The notes under the pieces are model-generated. The model had not been told where the DNA came from. It saw nothing but the letters and a program-made list of their open reading frames with translations, and made no database searches. Positions 1-11,679 of a DNA stretch of 53,459 nt are shown in pieces (within the stretch, counting starts at the first letter, position 1; the number at the start of each line of letters is the position of its first letter). The translations under genes were made by a program, and so were the position numbers. Origin of the DNA: Deltaproteobacteria bacterium (GTDB lineage Bacteria > Desulfobacterota > QYQD01); NCBI GenBank assembly GCA_007280345.1, contig QYQD01000190.1, positions 1-53,459 of the forward strand, written 5' to 3'.

Positions 1-1
1 G

Positions 2-676
<675 letters not shown>

Positions 677-686
677 TACGGATGTC

Positions 687-1532
687 TTGATGCGAAAAAA
701 GGAAAGACCCCTTAATCGTCTGAAAATTTTTATCTTAACCGGTCTGTTAGCTGTTATCCTTTTCGTACTCCTTGTCTCCAGTATAGGGAAAAATAGGGAT
801 TTTGGCCCCTGGCAGAAGGTTGGTGTGGAGTTGTTTGCTCCCATCCAGAAAGGGAGCGTCTTTATCCAGAGGGGAATTGCTGATTTTTGGCATGATTATA
901 TCTACTTAATTGGCGTGCAAAAGGAAAATAGATCATTGAGAAAGGAAATCGAGCGACTCCGCAGTAAAAACAATGAGTATCGTGAAGCCCTTATTGCTAA
1001 TATCCGGCTCAAGAAACTGTTAAATTTTAAAGAGACGGTGCCCCTACCCCTTTTGTCGGCAGAGGTTGTTGGGTACGATCCCACGGTCTGGTTTAAGACC
1101 ATGATTATTAACCGTGGCTCTGACGATGGGCTTCAAAGGGGGATGGCGGCTATCTCTGCTGATGGTGTTGTTGGCCAGACTATAAGTGTCTCCCCGCACT
1201 ATGCAAAGGTTTTACTGATTACAGACCGGAACAGCGCTGTTGATGTCATTGTGCAGAGAAGCAGGGTAAGGGGAGTGCTCAAAGGAGAATCCGGTGGAGT
1301 CTGTTCTTTAGATTACGTTGGCATTCGTGACGATGTTAAACCCGGGGATATAGTAATTTCTTCCGGGGTGGGGGGTATATTCCCTAAGGGGTTGCCTGTC
1401 GGGAGGGTTATTAAGGCCAAGAGTTCTCGTCCGGGATTATTTCAAGATATCGAAGTGGTCCCCTGTGTTAATATTTCTGATATAGAGGAAGTATTAGTTG
1501 TTTTAGAAAAAAGCTCTATTATGGAACAGTAA
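687..1532 (+). CDS. mreC: Rod shape-determining protein MreC
   Basis: N-terminal TM helix, then a coiled-coil segment (LRKEIERLRSKNNEYRE) and a beta-barrel C-terminal region (VVGQTISV...GIFPKGLPVGRV). Sits between mreB and mreD. Confidence 0.9.
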   Translation: MMRKKERPLNRLKIFILTGLLAVILFVLLVSSIGKNRDFGPWQKVGVELFAPIQKGSVFIQRGIADFWHDYIYLIGVQKENRSLRKEIERLRSKNNEYREALIANIRLKKLLNFKETVPLPLLSAEVVGYDPTVWFKTMIINRGSDDGLQRGMAAISADGVVGQTISVSPHYAKVLLITDRNSAVDVIVQRSRVRGVLKGESGGVCSLDYVGIRDDVKPGDIVISSGVGGIFPKGLPVGRVIKAKSSRPGLFQDIEVVPCVNISDIEEVLVVLEKSSIMEQ

Positions 1533-1534
1533 CT

Positions 1535-1670
1535 AGTGTTCATCCGGAAACCCGAAAATTCCGGATGGAGCATTCAGCTTAAGGTGCTGTTTGTCTTGAT
1601 TTTTTGCTGAGAGCTGACGGCTGATCGCTGAAAGCGTGAAGCCGGAAACGGTAGTTTCCGGATGAGCACT
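1535..1670. repeat. MITE-like element with 17-bp terminal inverted repeats in the mreC-mreD spacer
   Basis: The left end AGTGTTCATCCGGAAAC (1535-1551) matches the right end GTTTCCGGATGAGCACT (1654-1670) as an inverted repeat, 16/17. Each end also forms its own hairpin: CATCCGGAA/TTCCGGATG and CCGGAAAC/GTTTCCGG. Confidence 0.6.
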
Positions 1671-1701
1671 AAATAGTTGTATGGGATGAAGTGACCGAAA
1701 T

Positions 1702-2202
1702 ATGTTTTTTTTATTTTTACTGGGTTGCGTATTATTGATCCTGGAAACGACTCTATTCTATCATCTGCCTTTATGGAAACTTAAAATTGACGGGTTGCTC
1801 CTCTTAATTATATATGTCTCACTTTACCTAAATGGAATCCAGAGCGGTTTATTGATTTTTTCTTTAGGTATATTGGTGGATACATTTGCAGGCAGCGCCT
1901 TGGGCATGCATGTACTCGTTTATGCCCTGCTTTTTTTATTAGTAAAGGTTATCTCACGCAACCTGGTCATAAAAAATATCTATTATCAAATGGCTACCAT
2001 TTTTTCTGTAAGTTTTTTGGCTAACTTAGGCCTGCTGGTTTTAGATTTGGTGTTCATGGACGGAGTAATTCGGTGGTATCAAATCGGGATGGTATTTCTT
2101 CAAAGTCTCCTGACATCTCTGCTAAGCCCTATTTTTTTCATTTGTTACGATTATTTTGACCGGTTGTTTGGGTTACGGGAAGCGCACGAAGTCTCGCGCT
2201 AG
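1702..2202 (+). CDS. mreD: Rod shape-determining protein MreD
   Basis: 166-aa polytopic hydrophobic protein located directly after mreC and before mrdA. Confidence 0.8.
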   Translation: MFFLFLLGCVLLILETTLFYHLPLWKLKIDGLLLLIIYVSLYLNGIQSGLLIFSLGILVDTFAGSALGMHVLVYALLFLLVKVISRNLVIKNIYYQMATIFSVSFLANLGLLVLDLVFMDGVIRWYQIGMVFLQSLLTSLLSPIFFICYDYFDRLFGLREAHEVSR

Positions 2203-2216
2203 GATTTCTTTATTAA

Positions 2217-4157
2217 GTGGTTATGATTTTGGGGTTCTTACCGGATAAGTGGTCTATTGTGAGGCAGACAGGTTCAAAAAGAGATTTACGCATAAGGGCA
2301 TTTGATCCGGCAGAAATCGAGGAATACCACAGGAGATTTGACCGGATTACTGTATTTGTCATAGTCGTTTTTGCCGTTTTTTTTGCCCGCCTCTGGTATC
2401 TACAGATCATAAAAGGTGACGAATACCTCAAACGCTCGGAGAGAAATTGCCTCCGTATCCAATACATGCCGGGTCCACGGGGAGATATTCTGGATCGGCA
2501 TGGGCAGGTGCTGGTGCAAAGCCGGCCGTCTTTCAGCATATCCCTGGTTCGTGAAGATGTAAAAGACATAAATAAGTTACTTAACCGTTTGAGTTCCCTT
2601 TTGAAGAAAAGTCCGGCTTCACTCTGGGAAAAGGTGGTGGCGGCGAAGAATATGCCCCGTTATATGCCTATACGTTTATGTGAAGATGTGGATGCAGATA
2701 CCGTAGCCTTAATAGAGATGTACAGGTTTGAGATGCCCGGCGTAACCATAGAGATTGAACCTAAGAGAAACTATGTTTATGGGAATATGGCCGCACACTT
2801 GTTTGGTTACCTGGGAGAGATAAATGAAAAGGAATTGAAGGGCGAATTATTTAAGAACGTCAGGTTGGGTGAATTCGTTGGGCGATGTGGTCTGGAGAAG
2901 GTTTATCAGGCGGATTTGGCGGGTATGGGCGGCGGCAGACAGGTAGAGGTTGATGCCGCCGGACGGGTGACAAGTGTTTATGGGGATATCCCCCCCGTTT
3001 CCGGGAATAATATTTATCTCACCCTGGATGCCGACCTGCAAAGGGTAGCCGAAGATGCTATGGCCGGTCGTTCAGGGGCAGTTGTAGCCATGGATCCCAG
3101 AAATGGAAAGATACTGACCTGGGCAAGCTGTCCGAATATTGATTTGGAAGCCTTCCTCCACGGATTAACTCGGGAAGAGTGGTCAAGCCTGGTAAATGAC
3201 CCTTTACGGCCCTTACCGGATAAGGTTATTCAAGGGCAATATCCACCGGGTTCTACTTATAAGGTTATAACCATGGCGGCCGCACTGGAAGAGAAGGTCA
3301 TTGATCCTACCGCTCCACTATATTGCAGCGGCCATTATCCTTTTGGTAACCGGGTCTATAGGTGTTGGGAGGAAAAAGGGCATGGCAGCGTGGCTATGCA
3401 TAAAGCTATTGTGCGGTCATGCGACGTTTATTTCTATGAAATGGGGAGAAGGCTGGGTGTGAATCGTCTGGCCCATTATGCCCGTGGTTTTGGCCTGGGG
3501 TCACCTGCCAGGGTAGAATTAGAACATGAAAAGACGGGATTGGTGCCTACTTCCGACTGGAAATTAAAACGGCATAAGGTGCCCTGGCAGGGGGGGGAGA
3601 CGCTTTCTATTGCTGTTGGCCAGGGCTTTAATCTGGTCACTCCCCTTCAGATGGTGCGCGTGATCTCTGCTGTGGCCAATGGGGGAGCGCTTTATCGTCC
3701 CCAGTTTGTGGAAAAAATCATTGGTCTTGACGGCAAGATAATAAAACAGTTTAAGCCCATAATAGATGGGCGGGTTCCTGTTTGTAAACGTAACCTGGAA
3801 ATAATACGAGACGGCCTGGCCGGGGTAGTAAATGAGCCGCACGGTACCGGAGGGGCGTGCCGGCTTAGCACGGTTATGGTCGGAGGCAAGACCGGGACGG
3901 CTCAGGTGGTCCGTTTGCCCGCCTACCGTGAGAAGAACGTAAACGCTATACCTTATAAGTATCGGGACCATGCCTGGTTTATAGCCTTTGCCCCGGTGGA
4001 AGATCCTGAGATAGCGATTGCGGTTCTAGTTGAACATAGCGGGCATGGTGGTTCAATAGCTGCTCCCGTAGCTAGAGCGGTTCTGGAAGAATATTTTAGT
4101 AAAAAGTCCAGCCCGGAGGCGGCCTTGGTTCGCACAGGGGGTGCAAATGATAGATAG
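2217..4157 (+). CDS. mrdA: Penicillin-binding protein 2 (elongasome class B PBP), catalytic motifs intact
   Basis: Carries SxxK (PPGSTYKV), SxD/N (RSCDVYF) and KTG (GGKTGTAQ). Has an N-terminal TM helix and the RGDILDRHG dimerisation-domain motif. Precedes rodA. The start codon is uncertain and may lie downstream of 2217. Confidence 0.9.
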   Translation: MVMILGFLPDKWSIVRQTGSKRDLRIRAFDPAEIEEYHRRFDRITVFVIVVFAVFFARLWYLQIIKGDEYLKRSERNCLRIQYMPGPRGDILDRHGQVLVQSRPSFSISLVREDVKDINKLLNRLSSLLKKSPASLWEKVVAAKNMPRYMPIRLCEDVDADTVALIEMYRFEMPGVTIEIEPKRNYVYGNMAAHLFGYLGEINEKELKGELFKNVRLGEFVGRCGLEKVYQADLAGMGGGRQVEVDAAGRVTSVYGDIPPVSGNNIYLTLDADLQRVAEDAMAGRSGAVVAMDPRNGKILTWASCPNIDLEAFLHGLTREEWSSLVNDPLRPLPDKVIQGQYPPGSTYKVITMAAALEEKVIDPTAPLYCSGHYPFGNRVYRCWEEKGHGSVAMHKAIVRSCDVYFYEMGRRLGVNRLAHYARGFGLGSPARVELEHEKTGLVPTSDWKLKRHKVPWQGGETLSIAVGQGFNLVTPLQMVRVISAVANGGALYRPQFVEKIIGLDGKIIKQFKPIIDGRVPVCKRNLEIIRDGLAGVVNEPHGTGGACRLSTVMVGGKTGTAQVVRLPAYREKNVNAIPYKYRDHAWFIAFAPVEDPEIAIAVLVEHSGHGGSIAAPVARAVLEEYFSKKSSPEAALVRTGGANDR

Positions 4158-5256
4158 GAGGTATATAACCAACTTTGATTGGCCATTACTTGGGGTAGTG
4201 CTACTCTTATCAATGTTAGGAGTTTTAAATCTTTATAGCGCTGGTTATTCTGCTACTGGTTCTGCAAATACAGTTTATCTAAGGCAGCTTTATTGGCTGG
4301 GCCTATCCGGGGTCATTATGATTATCGTTTTATCTTTTGATTACCGGCGGATAGCTGATTGGGCTCCTCACATATACGCGGGCTCTATAATAACCCTGGT
4401 GGCCGTACTGTTTGTTGGGAAAACAGTTTCCGGCTCTCAAAGGTGGCTAGGCTTTGGCTCCCTGGTCTTTCAACCATCAGAGCTGGCCAAGTTGGCGACG
4501 GTTATTACACTGGCCAGTTATTTTTATCACAAAGACGTTAAAAAGGGCTACGGACTAAGTGACCTCCTGGCGCCGGCGGGTATTGTTTTGCTCCCTTTTA
4601 TTCTTGTCATGAAGGAGCCGGATTTAGGGACGAGTCTTTTGCTCTTGTTTGTACTGGCGTCAATGGTCCTGTTTGTAGGTATAAAATGGGGCGCCTTTTT
4701 GACATCGCTGGGTTTTGGGCTGACCTCTGTGCCGTTTATCTGGTCCTTATTAAAGGACTATCAAAAAAAGAGGGTGGAATCTTTTCTCTGGCCGGAAAGA
4801 GACCCTCTGGGGTCTGGTTATCATGCCATTCAGTCCAAAATCGCAGTAGGGTCCGGCAAGATATTGGGAAAGGGTTATTTAAGTGGATCACAAAGTAAAC
4901 TTAATTTTCTTCCCGAGCAGCATACTGATTTTGCCTTTTCCGTCCTTGCTGAAGAGTGGGGTTTTGTAGGGTCGATTCTGCTGATTATTCTTTATTTTTT
5001 GCTTATTCTGTTAGGCTTGCAGGTCGCTATGCGTTCGAAAGAAAAGTTTGGCACTTTTTTGGCTTTTGGTATAGTGGCCATGATATTTTGGCAGTTGGCG
5101 ATAAATGTGGGTATGGTTCTTGGCCTAATGCCTGTGGTCGGAGTCCCTCTCCCCTTGATCAGTTATGGTGGTTCTTCAGCCATCACTACCCTGACCAGTA
5201 TCGGCCTGCTTCTTAACATCCGTATGCGGCGGTTTATGCTGCAAAAAGGCCCGTAA
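4141..5256 (+). CDS. rodA: SEDS peptidoglycan polymerase RodA
   Basis: About 10 TM segments. Motifs QPSELAKL, EPDLGT, LPEQHTDFAF and PLPLISYGGSS are typical of the FtsW/RodA family. Overlaps the mrdA stop by 17 nt. Confidence 0.92.
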   Translation: MQMIDRRYITNFDWPLLGVVLLLSMLGVLNLYSAGYSATGSANTVYLRQLYWLGLSGVIMIIVLSFDYRRIADWAPHIYAGSIITLVAVLFVGKTVSGSQRWLGFGSLVFQPSELAKLATVITLASYFYHKDVKKGYGLSDLLAPAGIVLLPFILVMKEPDLGTSLLLLFVLASMVLFVGIKWGAFLTSLGFGLTSVPFIWSLLKDYQKKRVESFLWPERDPLGSGYHAIQSKIAVGSGKILGKGYLSGSQSKLNFLPEQHTDFAFSVLAEEWGFVGSILLIILYFLLILLGLQVAMRSKEKFGTFLAFGIVAMIFWQLAINVGMVLGLMPVVGVPLPLISYGGSSAITTLTSIGLLLNIRMRRFMLQKGP

Positions 5257-5366
5257 TCCGAGCCTTAATATCCGGAGATTATTAAAAAAACCGCTTCAGA
5301 TTTTGACTTACCTCGTTTGTCCTATAATTATGCCCAAATAGTTTTTAAAAACATATTAAAAAAACA

Positions 5367-5395
5367 TTGACACGGGGTTTTAAATCATGTAAAAG
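5367..5395 (+). promoter_or_regulatory. Putative sigma70-type promoter of the atp operon
   Basis: TTGACA (5367-5372), a 17-nt spacer, then TAAAAG (5390-5395), in an AT-rich spacer about 90 nt upstream of the first atp gene. Confidence 0.4.
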
Positions 5396-5466
5396 CCTTT
5401 TTAACCTACTGAACTGCTATTCACTAATTATGATATTCCTTTTTTATAAGCTGAAACTTCCTTTAA

Positions 5467-5907
5467 GTGAGGGGTAAACGGATGCTGGATATAAATATCA
5501 CCTTATTTATACAGATGGCTAGTTTCCTGGCCCTGATGGTTATCCTGAATCTCATCCTTTATCGGCCCTTACGTAAAATTATGGCGGAGAGAAAAGAAAA
5601 GGTGTCGGGCTTGGAGCGTGAGATAGAAGGGCTTATTAAGAACGCCAACCAAAGGCTTGAAGATTTTAAGGTTAAACTGAGCGGGGCTCACGAACGAGGG
5701 AACAAGGAAAAGGAGACTTTAAAAAATGAGGGCCTTGGTGGGGAAAAACAGATTATTTCCAAAACCCGTAGTGAGGCTGAGGCATCCAAGTCCCAGATGT
5801 TGTCCCAGATTGAGCAGGACGCTAATAAGGCGAAAGAGGAACTGAAAGGGCAGGTATCGGGGTTTGCTTCTGACATAGCAGCCAAGATTTTGGGGAGGAG
5901 TATTTGA
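5467..5907 (+). CDS. F0 ATP synthase subunit b/b' (first of two b-type genes)
   Basis: A single N-terminal TM helix followed by a long charged helix. The likely true start is ATG 5482 (MLDINITLF), preceded by GAGGGG. First gene of the atp block. Confidence 0.8.
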   Translation: MRGKRMLDINITLFIQMASFLALMVILNLILYRPLRKIMAERKEKVSGLEREIEGLIKNANQRLEDFKVKLSGAHERGNKEKETLKNEGLGGEKQIISKTRSEAEASKSQMLSQIEQDANKAKEELKGQVSGFASDIAAKILGRSI

Positions 5908-6518
5908 TGGCTGATCGGAGTAATGGTAAGCGGTTTTTAATAGTCGCCGCACAGACTCTAACGGTTATGTCGGTTTTACTGTATCATACGATGGTGTTTG
6001 CCTCAGCAGGGCAGGGCGGAGAACATGGATACAGCAGTAAGCTATGGTGGGATCTTGTCTGGCGGACCATGAATTTTACAATTCTGGCTGCCGTGCTCTT
6101 TAAGGTCCTTAAAAAACCTATAGGCAATCTCCTTTCCGGCCGGCAAGTGTCTATTAAGGATAACTTTGATGAACTGGATGCGAAAAAGGTTGAGGCGGAA
6201 AAGAAATATGCCGAGTATGAGAAGAAACTCTCCACAATCGAACAGGAAACAAAAAAGGTAGTTCAAGAATATATTGAGCAGGGTGAGGCCGAGAAAAAAC
6301 GGATCATTGAAGAGGCAGAGAAGGCTGCTGAATTAATAAAGAAACAGGCTCAATTTGCGGCGGAGCAAGAGATGAAGCGGGCTAAGCTGGCCTTAAGTGC
6401 TGAAGCAGCCGAACTTTCGGTTAAGCTGGCTGAAGGTCTAATTAAGAAGAATCTTAATGAATCAGATCACAAGAAATTGATTGACGAATATATTGCGAAG
6501 GTGGTGCATACAAATTGA
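5904..6518 (+). CDS. atpF: F0 ATP synthase subunit b
   Basis: A TM helix plus a long Glu/Lys/Ala-rich helix (EAEKKYAEYEKK...). Overlaps its neighbours by 4 nt on both sides. Confidence 0.8.
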   Translation: MMADRSNGKRFLIVAAQTLTVMSVLLYHTMVFASAGQGGEHGYSSKLWWDLVWRTMNFTILAAVLFKVLKKPIGNLLSGRQVSIKDNFDELDAKKVEAEKKYAEYEKKLSTIEQETKKVVQEYIEQGEAEKKRIIEEAEKAAELIKKQAQFAAEQEMKRAKLALSAEAAELSVKLAEGLIKKNLNESDHKKLIDEYIAKVVHTN

Positions 6519-7066
6519 TCAGTAAGATAGTTGCCAAAAGATACGCCAAGGCACTTTTTGTGGTTGGCAAAGAGGAGGATAAGCTGGAGGCTTATCAGCA
6601 GGAGTTAAATGGCTTTGCGCAAATCCTACGGGGATCTCCTGAATTAAGAGATGCCTTAACCACTCCGGTCTATCCTACTGATATGAAGGCCAGATTGATG
6701 AGTGACCTGGCCGTAACTCTCAAACTCAGCCCTATTATGAGCAACTTCATGAAGCTTCTGGTGGAAAAAAGGCGTATACTTTTTGTTCCTCACATTGCCG
6801 AGCTACATCAGAAGTTAGCCGATGAATTTATGGGGGTTAAAAGGGCGGTGGTTACGGCTGCTATCTCCTTGGCTGAGGATGTAAAACAGAGCGTTCAAAA
6901 GGCATTGGAAAAGGTCACCGGCAAAAAGGTTATCCTCAGTATAGAAGAGGATCCCTCTATTATAGGGGGACTGGTGGTGAGAGCGGGAGACATGGTTTGG
7001 GATGGGAGTGTAAGAACTCAATTATGGGATATAAAAGAAATTTTAAAGAGGGGTGAGGTATCATAA
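6515..7066 (+). CDS. atpH: F1 ATP synthase subunit delta (OSCP)
   Basis: 183 aa, begins AKRYAKALF and has the C-terminal [11 protein letters not shown] motif. Lies between the b and alpha genes. Confidence 0.88.
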   Translation: MISKIVAKRYAKALFVVGKEEDKLEAYQQELNGFAQILRGSPELRDALTTPVYPTDMKARLMSDLAVTLKLSPIMSNFMKLLVEKRRILFVPHIAELHQKLADEFMGVKRAVVTAAISLAEDVKQSVQKALEKVTGKKVILSIEEDPSIIGGLVVRAGDMVWDGSVRTQLWDIKEILKRGEVS

Positions 7067-8586
7067 TGCAGATACGAGCCGAAGAAGTTAGTCAGATTAT
7101 TAAGGGTCAGATTAAGGAGTATGAGAAAAAGATTGACCTCAAGGAGACAGGCATTGTCCTGTCTGTAGGTGATGGTATTGCCCGTGTCTATGGGGTCGAG
7201 AATTGCCAGGCCATGGAGCTTCTGGAATTTTCGGGTGGCATCATGGGCATTGCCCTTAATCTGGAAGAGGATAACGTGGGCTGTGCTATCATGGGAGACG
7301 TGGAGCACATCAAGGAGGGCGACGTTGTCAAACGTACGGGCCGCATCGCCGAGGTGCCGGTGGGTGAGGCCGTTGTAGGACGTGTAGTCGATGGCCTTGG
7401 AAGTCCCTTGGATGGTAAGGGGCCAATTGAGGCCAAGGAGACGCGCCGGATAGAGATGATCGCCCCTGGTGTTATTGCCCGGCAGCCGGTGAAGGAGTCG
7501 ATGTATACGGGGCTTAAGGCTATCGACGCCATGACCCCGGTGGGCCGGGGTCAGCGGGAGCTCATTATCGGTGACCGCCAGATCGGAAAAACCGCCATTG
7601 GTGTAGATGCCATTATCAACCAAAAAGGTCTGGATGTATTCTGTATCTACGTGGCGATCGGCCAGAAGAAATCAACCGTGGCATTGGTTGCCGAGGCGCT
7701 GCGGCGTCACGGGGCCATGGAGTATACGACGATCGTGGCCGCTTGTGCCAGTGATCCCGCGCCGTTACAGTACGTGGCTGCATTTGCCGGTTGTACCATG
7801 GGTGAGTATTTCCGCGACACCAAGCGGCATGCCTTGATTATTTATGATGATCTTTCCAAGCAGGCTGTAGCCTATCGGCAGCTTTCGCTGCTGCTCAGGC
7901 GGCCTCCAGGGCGCGAGGCGTATCCGGGCGATATCTTCTATAACCATTCCCGATTATTAGAGAGGGCCGCTAAGCTGAATGATGCACTGGGGGGTGGTTC
8001 ATTGACGGCATTACCTATTATTGAGACCCAGGCCGGCGACGTCTCTGCCTATATCCCAACCAACGTTATTTCCATTACCGATGGTCAGATCTATCTTGAA
8101 CCGGCACTGTTTTTCGCAGGTGTCAGACCGGCGATTAACGTTGGTCTGTCCGTCTCCCGCGTGGGTGGGGCGGCGCAGTGCAAGGCCATGAAACAGGTTG
8201 CCGGTACGCTTCGATTAGATCTGGCCCAGTATCGAGAGTTGGCGGCCTTCGCCGGGTTCGGTAGCGACCTTGACAAGTCCACGCAGGCGCAGCTCAATCG
8301 GGGTGCCCGCCTGGTGGAAATCCTCAAGCAGCCGCAATATCAGCCGCTTCCTATGGAGAAAGAGATCACCATTCTCTTTGCCGGTGCAAGGGGATATCTG
8401 GATGAGCATCCTATAGATGCATTGAGGGCTTATGAGGACGGGCTCTACCCGTTTATCGAAAGCAAACACCCTGATGTTTTTAAAGAATTAAGGGAAAAGA
8501 AGACCATAGACGATAGCCTGGAGGCAAAGATGAGGAAGGCCCTTGACGAGTATCGGGGCGCCTTCAAGGCCTCCAGGGGCTTGTAG
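7066..8586 (+). CDS. atpA: F1 ATP synthase subunit alpha
   Basis: Walker A GDRQIGKT, plus [33 protein letters not shown]. 506 aa. Confidence 0.98.
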   Translation: MQIRAEEVSQIIKGQIKEYEKKIDLKETGIVLSVGDGIARVYGVENCQAMELLEFSGGIMGIALNLEEDNVGCAIMGDVEHIKEGDVVKRTGRIAEVPVGEAVVGRVVDGLGSPLDGKGPIEAKETRRIEMIAPGVIARQPVKESMYTGLKAIDAMTPVGRGQRELIIGDRQIGKTAIGVDAIINQKGLDVFCIYVAIGQKKSTVALVAEALRRHGAMEYTTIVAACASDPAPLQYVAAFAGCTMGEYFRDTKRHALIIYDDLSKQAVAYRQLSLLLRRPPGREAYPGDIFYNHSRLLERAAKLNDALGGGSLTALPIIETQAGDVSAYIPTNVISITDGQIYLEPALFFAGVRPAINVGLSVSRVGGAAQCKAMKQVAGTLRLDLAQYRELAAFAGFGSDLDKSTQAQLNRGARLVEILKQPQYQPLPMEKEITILFAGARGYLDEHPIDALRAYEDGLYPFIESKHPDVFKELREKKTIDDSLEAKMRKALDEYRGAFKASRGL

Positions 8587-8635
8587 GGGTAATAAAGACT
8601 TTAACATCAATTTCATGAGATAAGAGTGGTTACCG

Positions 8636-9514
8636 ATGGCTACGCTAAAAGACGTCTTACGGAAAATTGGGGCAGTAAAAAAGACCCAGCAGATTACCAA
8701 GGCCATGAACATGGTGGCGGCAGCCAAACTGCGCGGGGCACAGGCGAAAATGGAGAACTTCAGGCCCTACGCCGGCAAATTTGCTGAGGTCATAGGGAGT
8801 CTATCCGCTCACCTGAATGTTGAGGCCTCGCCTCTTTTGGAACAGCGCGAGGTAAAGAACATTGAACTCTTGCTGGTTACTGCAGACCGGGGGCTGTGTG
8901 GCAGTTTCAACGGAAATTTGAATAACTTAGCCGAAAAGTTCCTGCGGGCAAAAGGGGCGGAAGGGGTAGGGACCTCACTCGTTTGTCTGGGTCGAAAAGG
9001 GCGAGACTACTTCCGGCGTCGCCAGACGAACATAAGGGCCTCACATATCGACGTTATGGGCCGGTTTGACATGTCGAATGCCATAACAATTGCCCAGGAT
9101 CTGGCAAGTAGATTTATTGGGGGTGAGTCTGATGAGGTGTACGTGGTCTCTGCGCATTTTATCAGCATGGCTATCCAAAGGCCGGTCACCAGGAAGCTCC
9201 TCCCCATAAGTCCGGAAGAACTTGGGGGGCCAGGAGAAACGGCCGGCGCTGCGCGGGAATATTTATATGAGCCCTCGCCGGAACAGCTTATCAGCAGTCT
9301 TTTACCTACACACGTGAACGTGCAGGTGTACAGCGCCATGCTGGAGACGTCAGCCAGCGAGCACGCCGCCCGGATGACAGCTATGGACAACGCTTCGCGC
9401 AACTGTAAGGATTTGATCCGGAGCTTGAGCCTGACGTATAACAAGGCGCGGCAGGCCAACATTACGAGAGAATTGATGGACATTGTCGGCGGGGCCGAGG
9501 CGCTGAAGAAATAG
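8636..9514 (+). CDS. atpG: F1 ATP synthase subunit gamma
   Basis: N-terminal ITKAMNMVAAAKLR and C-terminal ITRELMDIVGGAEAL. Confidence 0.95.
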   Translation: MATLKDVLRKIGAVKKTQQITKAMNMVAAAKLRGAQAKMENFRPYAGKFAEVIGSLSAHLNVEASPLLEQREVKNIELLLVTADRGLCGSFNGNLNNLAEKFLRAKGAEGVGTSLVCLGRKGRDYFRRRQTNIRASHIDVMGRFDMSNAITIAQDLASRFIGGESDEVYVVSAHFISMAIQRPVTRKLLPISPEELGGPGETAGAAREYLYEPSPEQLISSLLPTHVNVQVYSAMLETSASEHAARMTAMDNASRNCKDLIRSLSLTYNKARQANITRELMDIVGGAEALKK

Positions 9515-9548
9515 AAATAGAATAATATTGAATAATGAGGAGGAATAG

Positions 9549-10985
<1,437 letters not shown>

Positions 10986-11037
10986 GTGGTTGACAAATCT
11001 TTTGGTTTAGCGACAGAAAGATACGGAGCAAAAAAAG

Positions 11038-11454
11038 ATGGCTGATAAGTTGTTGCTTGAGGTAATTACACCGAGCCGGATGGTGGTCAGCGAAGAGGTG
11101 GATATGGTGGTAGCCCCAGGAGAATGGGGTGAGTTTGGGGCACTGCCAAACCATGCGGCGTATCTGACGGCTATTAAGTTAGGCGAGTTACGTTATAAGG
11201 TAGGCAATAAGACGGAATATGTGATTGTAAGCGGCGGATTCGCGGAGATAGTTGCTGATCGTGCCACTTTTCTCGTGACCGCTGCCGAGAAGGCGCATGA
11301 GGTTGATATAGCACGGGCCATGAAGGCCAAAGAGAGAGCCGAGCAGAGATTGCAGGCGGTAGCTGCGAAGAGGGAGGCCTTTGATGTAGCGCGCGCCGAG
11401 GCTGCTCTGCAGAGGGCGATATGGCGGCTCAAAATAGCTGAGAGGGCAAAATAA
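11038..11454 (+). CDS. atpC: F1 ATP synthase subunit epsilon
   Basis: 138 aa with a beta-sandwich N-terminal part, a helical C-terminal hairpin (AEAALQRA), and the last position in the operon. Confidence 0.9.
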   Translation: MADKLLLEVITPSRMVVSEEVDMVVAPGEWGEFGALPNHAAYLTAIKLGELRYKVGNKTEYVIVSGGFAEIVADRATFLVTAAEKAHEVDIARAMKAKERAEQRLQAVAAKREAFDVARAEAALQRAIWRLKIAERAK

Positions 11455-11496
11455 CCATAGCCTAAAGCAAAAAAGCTATGATAAGATTGAATGGAA

Positions 11497-11527
11497 AAGG
11501 GCAAGCCAGGGCTTGCCCTTTTCTTTT
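11497..11527 (+). terminator. Rho-independent terminator after atpC
   Basis: 10-bp perfect stem AAGGGCAAGC/GCTTGCCCTT, 4-nt loop CAGG, followed by TTCTTTTGG. Confidence 0.8.
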
Positions 11528-11543
11528 GGAGACCCTAATATAT

Positions 11544-11675
11544 GATCAATTCGTAAAAAAGCCTTTTCACCGCTGAGTACGCAGAGGCCGCAGAGAAAAA
11601 CTTTAAATTGTTTAATACGTTATCTCGGCGTTCTCGGCACCCTCTGCGGTAATTTTGACTTTTTACAAAATCATC
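11544..11675. repeat. Intergenic MITE-like repeat, family copy 1 (divergent)
   Basis: Outer arms GATCAATTCGTAAAAAAG / CTTTTTACAAAATCATC. Inner arms TTCACCGCTGAGTACGCAGAGGCCGCAGAGAAAAA / ...CTCGGCACCCTCTGCGGTAA. Same architecture as the copies at 14734, 15654 and 32729. Confidence 0.55.
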
Positions 11676-11679
11676 ATAT

